Shown here piece by piece: positions 9,948-19,398 of a stretch of DNA of 64,000 nt (position 1 is its first letter; each line of letters begins with the position of its first letter). Under the pieces are notes generated by a model that worked only from the letters and a program-made list of their open reading frames with translations, searched no databases and was not told where the DNA came from. The DNA is taken from assembly GCA_963667015.2 (NCBI GenBank), contig CAXXJJ010000004.1:3584001-3648000 (forward strand). Direction: 5' to 3'. The translations under genes were made by a program, and so were the position numbers. The DNA comes from Desulfatiglandales bacterium. Lineage in GTDB: Bacteria > Desulfobacterota > DSM-4660 > Desulfatiglandales > HGW-15.

Positions 9948-11333
9948 ATGACAGGCCTCAGGAAAGAACAGGACAGCATGGGTATGGTTAATGTGCCTGA
10001 AGACGCCTACTATGGTGCACAGACACAAAGGGCATTTGAAAATTTCAAAATAAGCAGTCTGAGTTTTCCCTCTGTCCTTTACAGGGCACTGGGCCTTATT
10101 AAAAAGCATGCAGCCATTACCAATCACGAACTTGGTTTAATAGACAGAAATATATCAGCCGCCATAGCAGAGGCAGCGGAGCAGGTCATAAAAGGTGAGT
10201 TTAATGATCAGTTTATTGTTGATGTATTTCAGACAGGCTCCGGCACATCAACAAACATGAATGTAAATGAGGTGATTGCAGGCAGGGCCAATGAGATAAT
10301 AACAAAAAAGAGGGGCGGCAAATCCCCTGTTCACCCGAATGATCATGTAAACATGGGCCAGTCCAGCAACGATGTGATCCCGTCAGCAATACACATTGCT
10401 GCGGCAATGGAAATCAAAAATACCCTTATCCCGGCCCTTAAGCATCTTTTCCTCTGCCTGGATGAAAAGACCCAGAAATTCAGGAATATAAAAAAAATTG
10501 CAAGAACACATCTGCAGGATGCCGTCCCCATTACCCTTGGACAGGAATTCAGCGGGTATGGCAGGCAGACAAGGCTCAATATAGAAAGGCTCGACAGTAT
10601 AAAACCAAGGCTGTGTGAACTTGCCCTCGGCGGCACTGCAGTGGGCACAGGTGTAAATACTCATCCTCAATTTGCGGCAAAGGTTATTAAAGGCATTTCC
10701 GGGGAAACAGGCATAGAGTTTAAAGAGGCGGATAATCACTTTGAGGCGCAGGCATCAAAGGACACGATTGTTGAACTGAGCGGTATTTTAAAAACCTGTG
10801 CTGTAAGCCTTACAAAGATAGCCAATGATATCAGGTGGCTTTCTTCAGGGCCAAGGTGCGGACTGGGAGAGATTAACATACCGGACCTTCAGCCGGGCTC
10901 ATCCATTATGCCGGGCAAGGTCAATCCTGTTATAGCAGAGGCAGTCCTACAGGTTGCAGCCCAGGTGATCGGAAACGATGCTGCCATAGCGATAAGCGGA
11001 CAGGCAGGCAATTTTGAGCTTAACGTAATGATGCCGGTAATGGCATATAACCTTCTGCAGTCAATAGAGCTGCTTTCATCCGCATCAAAGACATTTGCCG
11101 GTAAATGCATAAAGGGGATAACCGCCAACAAAGAGAGATGTGAGGCAAACATTGAAAAAAGCCTTTCCATGGTTACTGCGCTGGTCCCGGAAACAGGCTA
11201 CGACAAAGCCGCTGAAATCGCCAAACAGGCCTTTAAGGAAGGAAAAACCATAAGGGAAACAGTTAAGGATAATAAAATACTGTCCGCAAAAAAAACTGAT
11301 GCACTACTTGATAAAATGATTCGAGGGGAATAA
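9948..11333 (+). CDS. fumC: Class II fumarate hydratase
   Basis: YYGAQTQR, QTGSGTSTNMN, HPNDHVN, RTHLQDA, GSSIMPGKVNP. Confidence 0.93.
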   Translation: MTGLRKEQDSMGMVNVPEDAYYGAQTQRAFENFKISSLSFPSVLYRALGLIKKHAAITNHELGLIDRNISAAIAEAAEQVIKGEFNDQFIVDVFQTGSGTSTNMNVNEVIAGRANEIITKKRGGKSPVHPNDHVNMGQSSNDVIPSAIHIAAAMEIKNTLIPALKHLFLCLDEKTQKFRNIKKIARTHLQDAVPITLGQEFSGYGRQTRLNIERLDSIKPRLCELALGGTAVGTGVNTHPQFAAKVIKGISGETGIEFKEADNHFEAQASKDTIVELSGILKTCAVSLTKIANDIRWLSSGPRCGLGEINIPDLQPGSSIMPGKVNPVIAEAVLQVAAQVIGNDAAIAISGQAGNFELNVMMPVMAYNLLQSIELLSSASKTFAGKCIKGITANKERCEANIEKSLSMVTALVPETGYDKAAEIAKQAFKEGKTIRETVKDNKILSAKKTDALLDKMIRGE

Positions 11334-11388
11334 TCAAGGAATCCAAACAAAACCGTCATGGCTCCGACCGGGGAATCTATTTGCTTTT

Positions 11389-11590
11389 CGTAGGGTTGGG
11401 ATTTATTCCCGACCTTTTTTTGTAGGAACAAACTTGAAACCTGCTCGAAACGCCGCTACCTGCAACAGTAGTAGCAAAATTTTTTTACCCTTTTCGCCCT
11501 CGTTCCTGCTGTCCCGGTTGGAACGTCGTCCTTTGAGGCTCCGCGTCGCTTGCACTGATCTCTGACCTCCGACCCCTGACTTCTGGTAAT
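11389..11590. repeat. Cluster of REP-like palindromes and TCTGACY heptamer repeats
   Basis: GTAGGGTTGGGATTTATTCCCGACC, CTCGTTCCTGCTGTCCCGGTTGGAACG, TCTCTGACCTCCGACCCCTGACTTCTG. Confidence 0.5.
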
Positions 11591-11803
11591 TGATCTCTGG
11601 CTTTTCTGCTCTCTCTTCTTATTGTTTTGACAATACAATCAGCTTATGCTTTAAATTTTTGAACAAGTCTTAAGTGCAAATAATCAATTATTAAAATTAC
11701 ATTACCCAAAAATGGCAATCAAGGCGGTTTTATCGGGCAAGAGGCAACAGACCCTGTTTTGATTATTATAAATCGATTTTTTATTGGTAGGGTATTTTGA
11801 TAT

Positions 11804-11895
11804 GTTTCTATATATAGACATAAAAAAGTTTCTAAATATAGAAACTTTTTGTAGAGACTTTCTATATGTAGAAACAAACGTCTATATATAGAAAC
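11804..11895. repeat. Four copies of a palindrome, consensus GTTTCTATATATAGAAAC
   Basis: Cores TCTATATATAGA 11807, TCTAAATATAGA 11831, TCTATATGTAGA 11861, TCTATATATAGA 11881. Confidence 0.85.
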
Positions 11896-11916
11896 TTCTA
11901 AACTGGTCGCTAGGCC

Positions 11917-11936
11917 GCTTAATATTATGTTATGGC
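11917..11936 (+). mobile_element. Candidate integron attI simple site / start of cassette 1
   Basis: GCTTAAT-attat-GTTATGGC; GTTATGGC is the exact reverse complement of GCCATAAC that opens attC1; no attC hairpin upstream. Confidence 0.6.
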
Positions 11937-11954
11937 TTTAAAGGAGGAAATCTT

Positions 11955-13229
11955 ATGGCTATCTGCTGTTTTCCGAACTGTGCCTATCTATCAGAAACTT
12001 CAAGAATGATTTCGGTATATAAACGTCTTAAAGCCAGTTGTGAAGACGTTGTCCTTGCTACACATGGCGGGTCATTTGAGTTTGTCCTTAAGGAAGAGGG
12101 GATACCATATAAACACCTCGAACCTTTTGTTACAAATGAGCTTTCACTTGAGTGGGCGGCAATAAGTCGGGTTGAGAAAGGGGTACTATCTGGATATTAC
12201 AGTGTTGAAGAACTGGAAAAACATGTAAATTCAGAGATGGCTTTTTTTAATGAAAACAACGTCAGGGCGGTTTTGTCCGGCTACACGCTTTCAAATGCCT
12301 TATCAACCAGAGCCCTGGGAATACCCTATGTAACCACTCACCTGGGCTCCTGGGTTCCCCCGGTATTCGAATTCAACATGAATCCATGGCCGGTTAATGG
12401 TGATAATATATTTACACGATTTATTCCGGCTTCTGTCAAAATAAAGATGACCAACTACGGAATTCTTCGCGTTAGAACACATAGGCCAATTAATATTCTG
12501 GCCAAAAAATTAAATATTCCTGAATTTAAAAACTTTCTTGATCTTACATCAGGTGATTTAACCCTTGTGACAGATTGCCCTGAAATTCTTGGCATTCCTG
12601 CCGGTACTATTGAAAACTGGGTTCCTAAAAACCCGAAGCTATTTAATCATGAATTAAAGATGAAATACGTTGGGCCTATTTTTGCTGAACTTTTTGGCGA
12701 AATACCTGACAGGGTAAAGTCATTCTATAATACCCAGCTTCCCAAAATATACGTAGCTCTGGCAACAAGCAGACCTGATTATATGGAAGCTGTCTTATCC
12801 ATATTAAAAGATATGGAGGTAAAAGTAATAATATGTACAGCAGTTCATAACCTTAAAAATGGATCCCATCCAAATATTTTAATTGAAAAACATCTACCAT
12901 CGCATAAAGTTATGCCTTTGGCTGATCTTGCTATAATTCATGGTGGACAGGGCAGCGTTCAAACTGCAATATCTGCCAGTACCCCAGTACTGGGCTTTCC
13001 ATTACATCCGGAACAGGATTTTAACCTCCGTCTTGTTGAAAAAAATGGTGGAGGAATTTGTGTATCCCTTAAAAATCTAAAAAAGAAAAAATTCCGTGAA
13101 CATATCGAGAGAATTATTTCTGACTAATCATTTAAATCGAATATGAAAAAACTTAAAGACATTCAGGACCGCTATGACGGACCGGGAAATACGGCTGCTG
13201 CACTTCAAGGCTTAGTAAAGGAGCCATAA
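11955..13229 (+). pseudogene. GT-B glycosyltransferase (GT1/GT28-C like), cassette 1, premature TAA at 13125-13127
   Basis: HLPSHKVMPLADLAIIHGGQGS and PLHPEQ; the frame continues 33 codons past the TAA to a stop inside the attC R'' box. Confidence 0.7.
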
Positions 13230-13290
13230 CCATGGCTTCCACCGGAAAGCCTGATAAGATGTCGGCTTCCCGTGAAGCCAAACGTTATAT
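13224..13290 (+). mobile_element. attC site 1
   Basis: CCATAAC ... TGGCTTCCACCGGAAAGCC / GGCTTCCCGTGAAGCCA ... GTTATAT; imperfect hairpin with an extra base in L''. Confidence 0.88.
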
Positions 13291-13300
13291 AGGGGCGTAA

Positions 13301-13801
13301 ATGAAAATAACCTTTTCTTTCTTGATTGCTATCCTTTTAATTTGGCATGTACCAGAATGCCTCGGAGATTCTCCATATATAACTATGATTATAAAAGGCA
13401 ATATTCAAGAGGTAAACTATCATGACAGAAAGTATAGCTGCATACCAGTAGAAAATGTTAATATTGTTGTATTTGTTGATGAAGATGAATCAACAATTTC
13501 AAAAAATAAAGATGTATCACTATTTTATTTAACTGACAAAAAAGGCGATTTTAAAACTATTCGCTATAATATATCCTGCGATTGTTCTAGTAGCGGAATA
13601 TCTAACGATTTACAGGATAAATGCATCCCAGATAGAATAGAAATTATTGCGAGTCGCAAGAATGGCAGTGGCGTCCTTACTAAAAGATTAATATACAATA
13701 CTGCTGACCTTAAAATAACTCAGGACAAAGATGGAGTATTAATATTTGAATTACTAGTAGACTTGACACTAAATGATTTTGGGCAACATTGTGGCAATTA
13801 A
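13301..13801 (+). CDS. Hypothetical exported protein (cassette 2)
   Basis: N-terminal signal peptide, AT-rich, bounded by attC1 and attC2. Confidence 0.7.
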   Translation: MKITFSFLIAILLIWHVPECLGDSPYITMIIKGNIQEVNYHDRKYSCIPVENVNIVVFVDEDESTISKNKDVSLFYLTDKKGDFKTIRYNISCDCSSSGISNDLQDKCIPDRIEIIASRKNGSGVLTKRLIYNTADLKITQDKDGVLIFELLVDLTLNDFGQHCGN

Positions 13802-13811
13802 AAAAAACCTT

Positions 13812-13870
13812 ATATAACATCAGTTTCAACAAGGACAGGCTGCGCCCGCCTGTTAAACTGGGCGTTAATT
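13812..13870 (+). mobile_element. attC site 2
   Basis: ATATAAC (complements the preceding GTTATAT) ... CAGTTTCAACAAGG / CCTGTTAAACTG ... GTTAATT; 59 bp. Confidence 0.88.
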
Positions 13871-13901
13871 GTAAGCTATCAACCATCAATTATAAATTAA
13901 A

Positions 13902-14690
13902 ATGAATATTCGAAAATACGGCTCAAATCCATATAAATGCGTTGTAGTTCACGGAGGCCCAGGCGCACCGGGAAGTGTGTCATCACTTGCTCGACAATTA
14001 TCAAAATTTAGTAGTGTTCTTGAACCATTTCAAACAGAAAATACCGTTTTAAGACAAGTAAAAGAACTTCATAATCAAATTATAGAAAATACACAGAACC
14101 AGGTATTTGTATTTGGTCATTCTTGGGGTGCTTGGATTGTATATATACTGGCATATAAAAAACCTGAAATTATAAAGAAAGCCTTTCTAATTGGATCTGG
14201 TGTATTTGACATTTCGTATCTTCCTGAACTTGAACGAAGAAGATTAAATGCACTGAATGAAGATGAGCAATTTGAATACAAGCGTCTTGTTTCATTATTA
14301 CTTCAGAAGAATGAGAATAATGATAAAAACCTTCAGCGGTTAGGCGAACTCACGGAAAAAGCAGATAGCTATCATGTTGAGGAGATTGATGAAAATGTTG
14401 AGCAACTAATAAAAATAGATGGAAAACAATTTCAGAATGTCTGGAATGAAGCATCAAAAATGAGAGAGAGTGGTTATTTTATAGAGATAGCTGAAAAAAT
14501 TAATTGTCCTATACGTATAATACATGGTGATAAAGACACTACTCCTATAGAGGGCGTTATCGATCCGATAAAAGACCATATTAAAGATATTAAATGGTAT
14601 GAAATAGAAAAATGTGGCCACTACCCCTGGAAAGAGAAATATGGTAAAGACAGATTTTTCGAAATTATAAAAGAAGAGTCGGGCCTATAG
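13902..14690 (+). CDS. Alpha/beta hydrolase (cassette 3)
   Basis: HGGPG, GHSWG nucleophile motif, HGDKD, CGHYPW. Confidence 0.85.
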   Translation: MNIRKYGSNPYKCVVVHGGPGAPGSVSSLARQLSKFSSVLEPFQTENTVLRQVKELHNQIIENTQNQVFVFGHSWGAWIVYILAYKKPEIIKKAFLIGSGVFDISYLPELERRRLNALNEDEQFEYKRLVSLLLQKNENNDKNLQRLGELTEKADSYHVEEIDENVEQLIKIDGKQFQNVWNEASKMRESGYFIEIAEKINCPIRIIHGDKDTTPIEGVIDPIKDHIKDIKWYEIEKCGHYPWKEKYGKDRFFEIIKEESGL

Positions 14691-14695
14691 AAAAC

Positions 14696-14766
14696 ACTTA
14701 ACCTGGCGTTCTACCGGAATTGTGTTCCGCCTTGCTCCACACAATCCGGTAAACCAATCGTTGGCA
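14696..14766 (+). mobile_element. attC site 3
   Basis: ACTTAAC ... TACCGGAATTGTGT / ACACAATCCGGTA ... GTTGGCA. Confidence 0.82.
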
Positions 14767-14777
14767 GGAAACAAAAA

Positions 14778-14954
14778 ATGAATAAATCATGGTTTTCAGA
14801 AAGGTGTGTATTTCGACATAATAAAAGAGATGGTATGACAAAGAATAATCTTTATGAAGAAAGGATTACTCTATGGCAGGCGAATTCTTTTGATGAAGCA
14901 ATTATGCCGAAAAGGAACCTGTCTTTTACGAAAACTGGGGGACGTATTAAATGA
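14778..14954 (+). pseudogene. Truncated, frameshifted DUF4288-like cassette
   Basis: MNKSWFSERCVFRH...LYEERITLWQANSFDEAI, then AEKE in a shifted frame; only an attC 3' half (GTGGACT-aaact-GTTACAT, 14978-14996) remains. Confidence 0.55.
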
Positions 14955-14994
14955 AAATCATTATTAAAAAATTGCACGTGGACTAAACTGTTAC

Positions 14995-15498
14995 ATGTCC
15001 AATAAAATTAATATTCATATGAAATTGATAACAGAACGTTTAGAATTGAAATTGCAAACACCAGCAGAAATGCTAAAGTGGATTGAATCACTTCCTCAAG
15101 AAGTGCGAAGTGAAATATCTGAGGTCTGGCTTTCACGATTGAGACAAGCTAATCGAGCAGATCCATGGTCATGTCTGTTTAATCTTCTTTCAAAATCTTC
15201 TGGTGAATTAATTGGCCAATGTGGATTTAAAGGCCCTCCAGACGAATTTAAGACAGTGGAAATCACCTACGGTATAGAGCCACAGTATCGTAGTTACGGT
15301 TATGCTACGGAATCAGTATGTGCGCTCAAAGTCTTTTTAAAGTCGTATCCACAAGTGAATACATTACGAGCCCACTGTAACAGAGAAAATATAGCCTCTG
15401 AAAGAGTGCTTTTTAAAGCAGGTTTGCGATTAATTGGCGAAATTGAAGACCCAGAAGATGGACTGGTAAATCGATGGGAAATTAATTTTAAAGAATAA
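14995..15498 (+). CDS. GNAT (RimJ/RimL-like) acetyltransferase cassette
   Basis: TERLEL, IGQCGFKGPP, VEITYGIEPQYRSYGYATE, NIASERVL. Confidence 0.85.
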   Translation: MSNKINIHMKLITERLELKLQTPAEMLKWIESLPQEVRSEISEVWLSRLRQANRADPWSCLFNLLSKSSGELIGQCGFKGPPDEFKTVEITYGIEPQYRSYGYATESVCALKVFLKSYPQVNTLRAHCNRENIASERVLFKAGLRLIGEIEDPEDGLVNRWEINFKE

Positions 15499-15500
15499 AT

Positions 15501-15894
15501 ATATAACCCTCAAATTATTACCTGAATTTTGCACCACTTTTATAAAATACCGTGCAAGAAAATTTTTGCACGGGTAAATTTCAACGAATTATCAAATGGT
15601 TAAACGTACCATAAAAACACTGTGTTTTAAGAGCCCCTATTTTACTGGCTTTCCGGGTGGCATTGAAAAGCCCTATCAGGCTAGCTTTTTAGAATTGTAA
15701 AATTGTACTTCATAACCTACTTGGTTAAAGTATGGAAAATATTAAGCCTTTCAAAACTCAGTAATAACGAGGTTCATAGAACCCTATATGCATTTCAGAA
15801 CGATTTCGTGCAAAATTCAGGTATTAAGTCCACTAGGAGTCTCTTTCATTTTTTCTTAGCATCCCGGCGTGGCTTGTTATTTGAACAGTTAAAT
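15501..15894 (+). mobile_element. attC site interrupted by a MITE
   Basis: R'' ATATAAC at 15501 and R' GTTAAAT at 15888; removing the MITE and one TSD gives TCAAATTATTAAGTCCAC pairing with GTGGCTTGTTATTTGA. Confidence 0.75.
15521..15821. mobile_element. 301-bp MITE with 14-bp terminal inverted repeats and 5-bp TSD
   Basis: TATTA|CCTGAATTTTGCAC ... GTGCAAAATTCAGG|TATTA; no transposase ORF. Confidence 0.85.
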
Positions 15895-15903
15895 GGAAAA
15901 AGC

Positions 15904-16926
15904 ATGAAAAACATACTAATTTTATTAATCCTAATATTGACTTTGATCCATAACAATCTCTTTGCTGACTCATGGCCATCGCCGACCGAACAGGTCTATG
16001 AATCAAAAAATGGTAAATATAGGTTAACTGTTAAACCTGGCGATGAATCAAATTATTTTGATAATGTCATAAAAGAAATCAAAAATACTGAGGACTTTGA
16101 AGTCAAAGGGAATAGGTGTATTGGCATTCTAGAAAAGAAAATCTCAAATAGTTATGTGTTACTGTGGAAGTCGGAACTTAATAATGATGTATCACCAGTG
16201 TCTGCACTGGTCAGTGATTCTGGTAATTACGTTGTGACTTTTGACAACTGGTCTTCAGTGGGTCGTGGTGATAACGTTGTGGTTATCTACAACGAAAATG
16301 GAAAAGTAATAAAAACATTCAGGTTAGAAGATATTTTATCGCCCACCGAAACTATAAGGCTGAGTCGAAGTGTTCTTTCTACAAAGTGGGGACGAGGGCA
16401 TGAATTAGACGAAGAAAACAATTTATTAGTCCTAAAATTGTTAATAAGGCCATTTCCTTACGCTGGAGGCGCTCCAGGCAGAAAAATAGCCCCTGAAATC
16501 AAAGAAGAAAATCTAAAATGGGATCAAAACAAAATTACAACTATAAGGCGTCTAAGATTGTCAGATGGTTCTATTATCGATAAACCGATAATAGACAAAA
16601 GGTTTGAATATCCTAAATTTGAATGCGAAAAAGGGCAATACGCGGTGCAAGGTCCAGGTGGTGGTGCCAGGCTGTGGCAAATGTGTATTATTGATAATGG
16701 AATAAAAAGTAAAGGATCAGAAAATAACCTCCATGGCAAATATCAGGTATCATCTTTTATAAATGGTGCGTGGTTTATAGAGGTAAGAGGACAGTATAAA
16801 AATGGGAAAAGAGATGGCACCTGGACTCAAGTGTTTAATGAAGGAGATACTCCGTGTGCAAGAGAATATGACCTCGGCGTCATAATAAAAGAAGAATGCC
16901 CACAAGGCTGGTGGGGAACCTTTTAA
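15904..16926 (+). CDS. Hypothetical exported protein cassette (true start probably 15904)
   Basis: MKNILILLILILTLIHNNLFADSW signal peptide right after R'; followed by CCATTTAAT, 8/9 complementary to the cassette start GTTAAATGG. Confidence 0.7.
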   Translation: MKNILILLILILTLIHNNLFADSWPSPTEQVYESKNGKYRLTVKPGDESNYFDNVIKEIKNTEDFEVKGNRCIGILEKKISNSYVLLWKSELNNDVSPVSALVSDSGNYVVTFDNWSSVGRGDNVVVIYNENGKVIKTFRLEDILSPTETIRLSRSVLSTKWGRGHELDEENNLLVLKLLIRPFPYAGGAPGRKIAPEIKEENLKWDQNKITTIRRLRLSDGSIIDKPIIDKRFEYPKFECEKGQYAVQGPGGGARLWQMCIIDNGIKSKGSENNLHGKYQVSSFINGAWFIEVRGQYKNGKRDGTWTQVFNEGDTPCAREYDLGVIIKEECPQGWWGTF

Positions 16927-17100
16927 AAACCATTTAATAGGCAAATAAGGAAATTGTTGGAAAATGCATAAATCACAAAAATCATCGCAGCCAGCGAAAA
17001 GATCCGCTGGCCGTTTATTTTAACCGACCTGTTTCAGATAATATGTATATTGGAATAAAAATATTTATAATATCAATTTGCTTAAACAAAGGAGATCAAT

Positions 17101-17631
17101 ATGAGTAAGCTGGAGAACAGGCCGGAAATACATCCGGCATTAATAATAATCGATGTGCAAAATCAATATATGCAGTATATGGCCGAAAAAAATTCAAAAA
17201 TTACAATTGATACAATTAATGGAGCAATAGCCCTATTCAGGCAGCATGATTATCCTGTTATTCGTGTCTATAATACTGACCCTAATTTTGGGCCTTCACC
17301 TGATTCAGATGAATTCCAGTTTGACCATGCCTTCCAGGTTGAACCCGGTGATGCAAAGTTTGTTAAAAATTACCCGAATGCATTTAAAAAAACAGATCTG
17401 GATAAATTCTTACGAGAAATAAATTGCGATACCTTATTTCTTTGCGGGTTAAGTGCAGTCGGTTGTGTTTTGGCAACATACTACGGAGCATTTGATCTGG
17501 ACTACAATGTTTTTCTGCTCAAGAATGGAATAATGAGCCATAATTCAAATTTTACAAAATTTGTAGAAGATGCAATGGAGTGTATTAGTTACTACACTAT
17601 GAATTTCATACTGACATCGAAACAAATTTAA
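17101..17631 (+). CDS. Isochorismatase-like cysteine hydrolase
   Basis: ALIIIDVQN, KNYPNAFKKTDL, GLSAVGCVLAT. Confidence 0.85.
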   Translation: MSKLENRPEIHPALIIIDVQNQYMQYMAEKNSKITIDTINGAIALFRQHDYPVIRVYNTDPNFGPSPDSDEFQFDHAFQVEPGDAKFVKNYPNAFKKTDLDKFLREINCDTLFLCGLSAVGCVLATYYGAFDLDYNVFLLKNGIMSHNSNFTKFVEDAMECISYYTMNFILTSKQI

Positions 17632-17730
17632 TGAGAGAGGCGGCGTCAGGTCCGGGCAATTGACAGTCATTGTCGATTATTTCCAATTTTTAGAAAGATC
17701 TGACATTTTTATTGGCGTTCTGTAATAATA

Positions 17731-18207
17731 ATGGATATGGAAATTACATTTAAAACTGCAACCATTGATGACTGCGAAGCATTATGTGAAATCCATATTT
17801 CATCAATTCGGGAATTATGCAGGGAACATCACTCAGATGCCGAGATTGAAGTATGGACAAAAGGAAGAACACCTGAAAGGTATAAAAGCCATATTATTAA
17901 TCAGAACCTTTTCATAGCTCAGCACAAAAATACAGCAGTTGGATTTTCTACATTTAATATAAAGACTGGAGAAATAATTCAGTTATATGTTCATCCGGAG
18001 TACGCAGGTAAAGGCGTTGGCTCCCGGATATTAGTAAACATCTTAAAAATAGCGGAAAAAGCAGATTTAAATGAAATTCACTGCAACTCATCCTTAAACG
18101 CAGAGAAATTCTATCTTAAAGCAGGTTTTAAGGCAGAAGAGAAATGTATTAATTTTATAAACGGGGGAGAAGTTACCTGTATACCTATGAGGAAGTCTCT
18201 CAAATAA
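17731..18207 (+). CDS. GNAT acetyltransferase cassette
   Basis: LYVHPEYAGKGVG and SSLNAEKFY; starts after GTTCTGTAAT (17717) and ends before ATTACAGAGC. Confidence 0.85.
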   Translation: MDMEITFKTATIDDCEALCEIHISSIRELCREHHSDAEIEVWTKGRTPERYKSHIINQNLFIAQHKNTAVGFSTFNIKTGEIIQLYVHPEYAGKGVGSRILVNILKIAEKADLNEIHCNSSLNAEKFYLKAGFKAEEKCINFINGGEVTCIPMRKSLK

Positions 18208-18209
18208 TT

Positions 18210-18290
18210 ACAGAGCAAACCATTTAACTATGGCTGATTGATAAAACGCCGCCCGGCATTCTAAGGACACGTTAAATAGCCCGGTTAAAA
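18210..18290 (+). mobile_element. Degenerate attC site
   Basis: R'' ACAGAGC, L'' CATTTAAC, L' GTTAAAT, R' GTTAAAA at near-canonical spacing; central stem poor. Confidence 0.6.
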
Positions 18291-18315
18291 CATTAACCTG
18301 CTTTATGAGGAATCC

Positions 18316-18558
18316 ATGATTGATATAAACTTTGCGTTGTTCCTGGCGACTTCAGTGGTTCTGATTATCACGCCCGGACAGGATATGATACTTGTTATGT
18401 CACGCTCTATTTTAGTTAAGGCGCCCATAGGTTATTTTGCCGGCAGTTTTTCTAAATGGCTGAGATCCAGACCTTTTGTTCAGGTTTGGATTAACCGAAT
18501 AAGCGGAGGAGTTCTTATTGCACTGGGTATTAAATTGGCGTTTGAAAAAAGAACTTAA
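18316..18558 (+). pseudogene. LysE/RhtB translocator with large internal deletion
   Basis: N-terminal ITPGQDMILVMSRS joined directly to C-terminal WINRISGGVLIALG; only 80 aa. Confidence 0.7.
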
Positions 18559-18680
18559 ACGATACAATATGGTCCTGCAGGAAAAATAACTATGGATGAA
18601 AACACCGTACATATACGTTGTGAGAACAATATTTATCAGGCCATAATACAAATCCTGATTGTTTAATGGAGAATTATTGA

Positions 18681-19088
18681 ATGCAATATTCAGGCTCCTG
18701 CTTGTGTAAAGCGGTCAAATATAAAATTACAGGCGAATTTGAGAGTTTCTATCTGTGCCATTGCGGATACTGCCAGAAGGATACCGGCTCTGCACATGCA
18801 GCAAATTTGTTTTCTTCAACAGCCAGGCTTGAATGGATTAAAGGAGAAAGCAACGTACGAATATTTCAGTTGAAGAAATCGAATCATGTAAAGGCGTTCT
18901 GCGTAACATGTGGATCTGCCCTGCCCAATCTGCAAATGGAAGGCACGCTTCTGGCCGTCCCGGCTGGAAGCCTTGATAGCAAATTGGATAAATTACCTGA
19001 TGGCCATATCTTTATTTCAAACAAGGCGAATTGGGATGAAGCTTTGGAAACTGTAAAAAAGTTTCAACGCCTTCCAATTGAAGATTAG
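18681..19088 (+). CDS. GFA/CENP-V family Zn-binding protein
   Basis: GSCLCKAV, CHCGYCQK, FCVTCGS, HIFISNKANW. Confidence 0.88.
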   Translation: MQYSGSCLCKAVKYKITGEFESFYLCHCGYCQKDTGSAHAANLFSSTARLEWIKGESNVRIFQLKKSNHVKAFCVTCGSALPNLQMEGTLLAVPAGSLDSKLDKLPDGHIFISNKANWDEALETVKKFQRLPIED

Positions 19089-19094
19089 ATCGCA

Positions 19095-19385
19095 ATGAAA
19101 CTTTACAGTATCGCAATCGTAATGGGCATTTCCACCGGTGTGGCGGGCGGCATCATTCGGGATGTTCTTTCGGGTGAAATACCTCTTATTCTTCGCCGGG
19201 AAATCTATGCCTCGGCATGCCTCTGCGGCGCCGCCCTGTATGCGCTCCTGACACACATCCAGCTACCCAGTCCTTTTATTGTGTCTGCCGCGGTGCTTAT
19301 CTCCCTGGTGATTCGGCTTGCCGCCCTGCACTGGAACCTGTCCCTTCCACTGTTCCGGCTTGAAGAAAACAGAGAAGAGGAATAA
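19095..19385 (+). pseudogene. C-terminal half of a TRIC/YadS family membrane protein
   Basis: MGISTGVAGGIIRDVL..EIPLIL..EIYA; N-terminal repeat missing. Confidence 0.65.
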
Positions 19386-19398
19386 TGATGAGACAAAA

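Noticed and set aside
11334..11800. intI gene or remnant
   Set aside because: No long ORF and no tyrosine-recombinase motifs seen on either strand.
11804..11895. CRISPR array
   Set aside because: Repeats are 18 bp with 2-12 bp gaps, too short for spacers; no cas genes in the window.
11912..11936. dif (XerCD) site
   Set aside because: TTATGTTA resembles the XerD arm, but the spacer is 2 bp rather than 6; it fits a cassette junction better.
15703..15903. N-terminal 67 aa of ORF 15703-16926
   Set aside because: Reads through the MITE and attC; the signal peptide starts at 15904.
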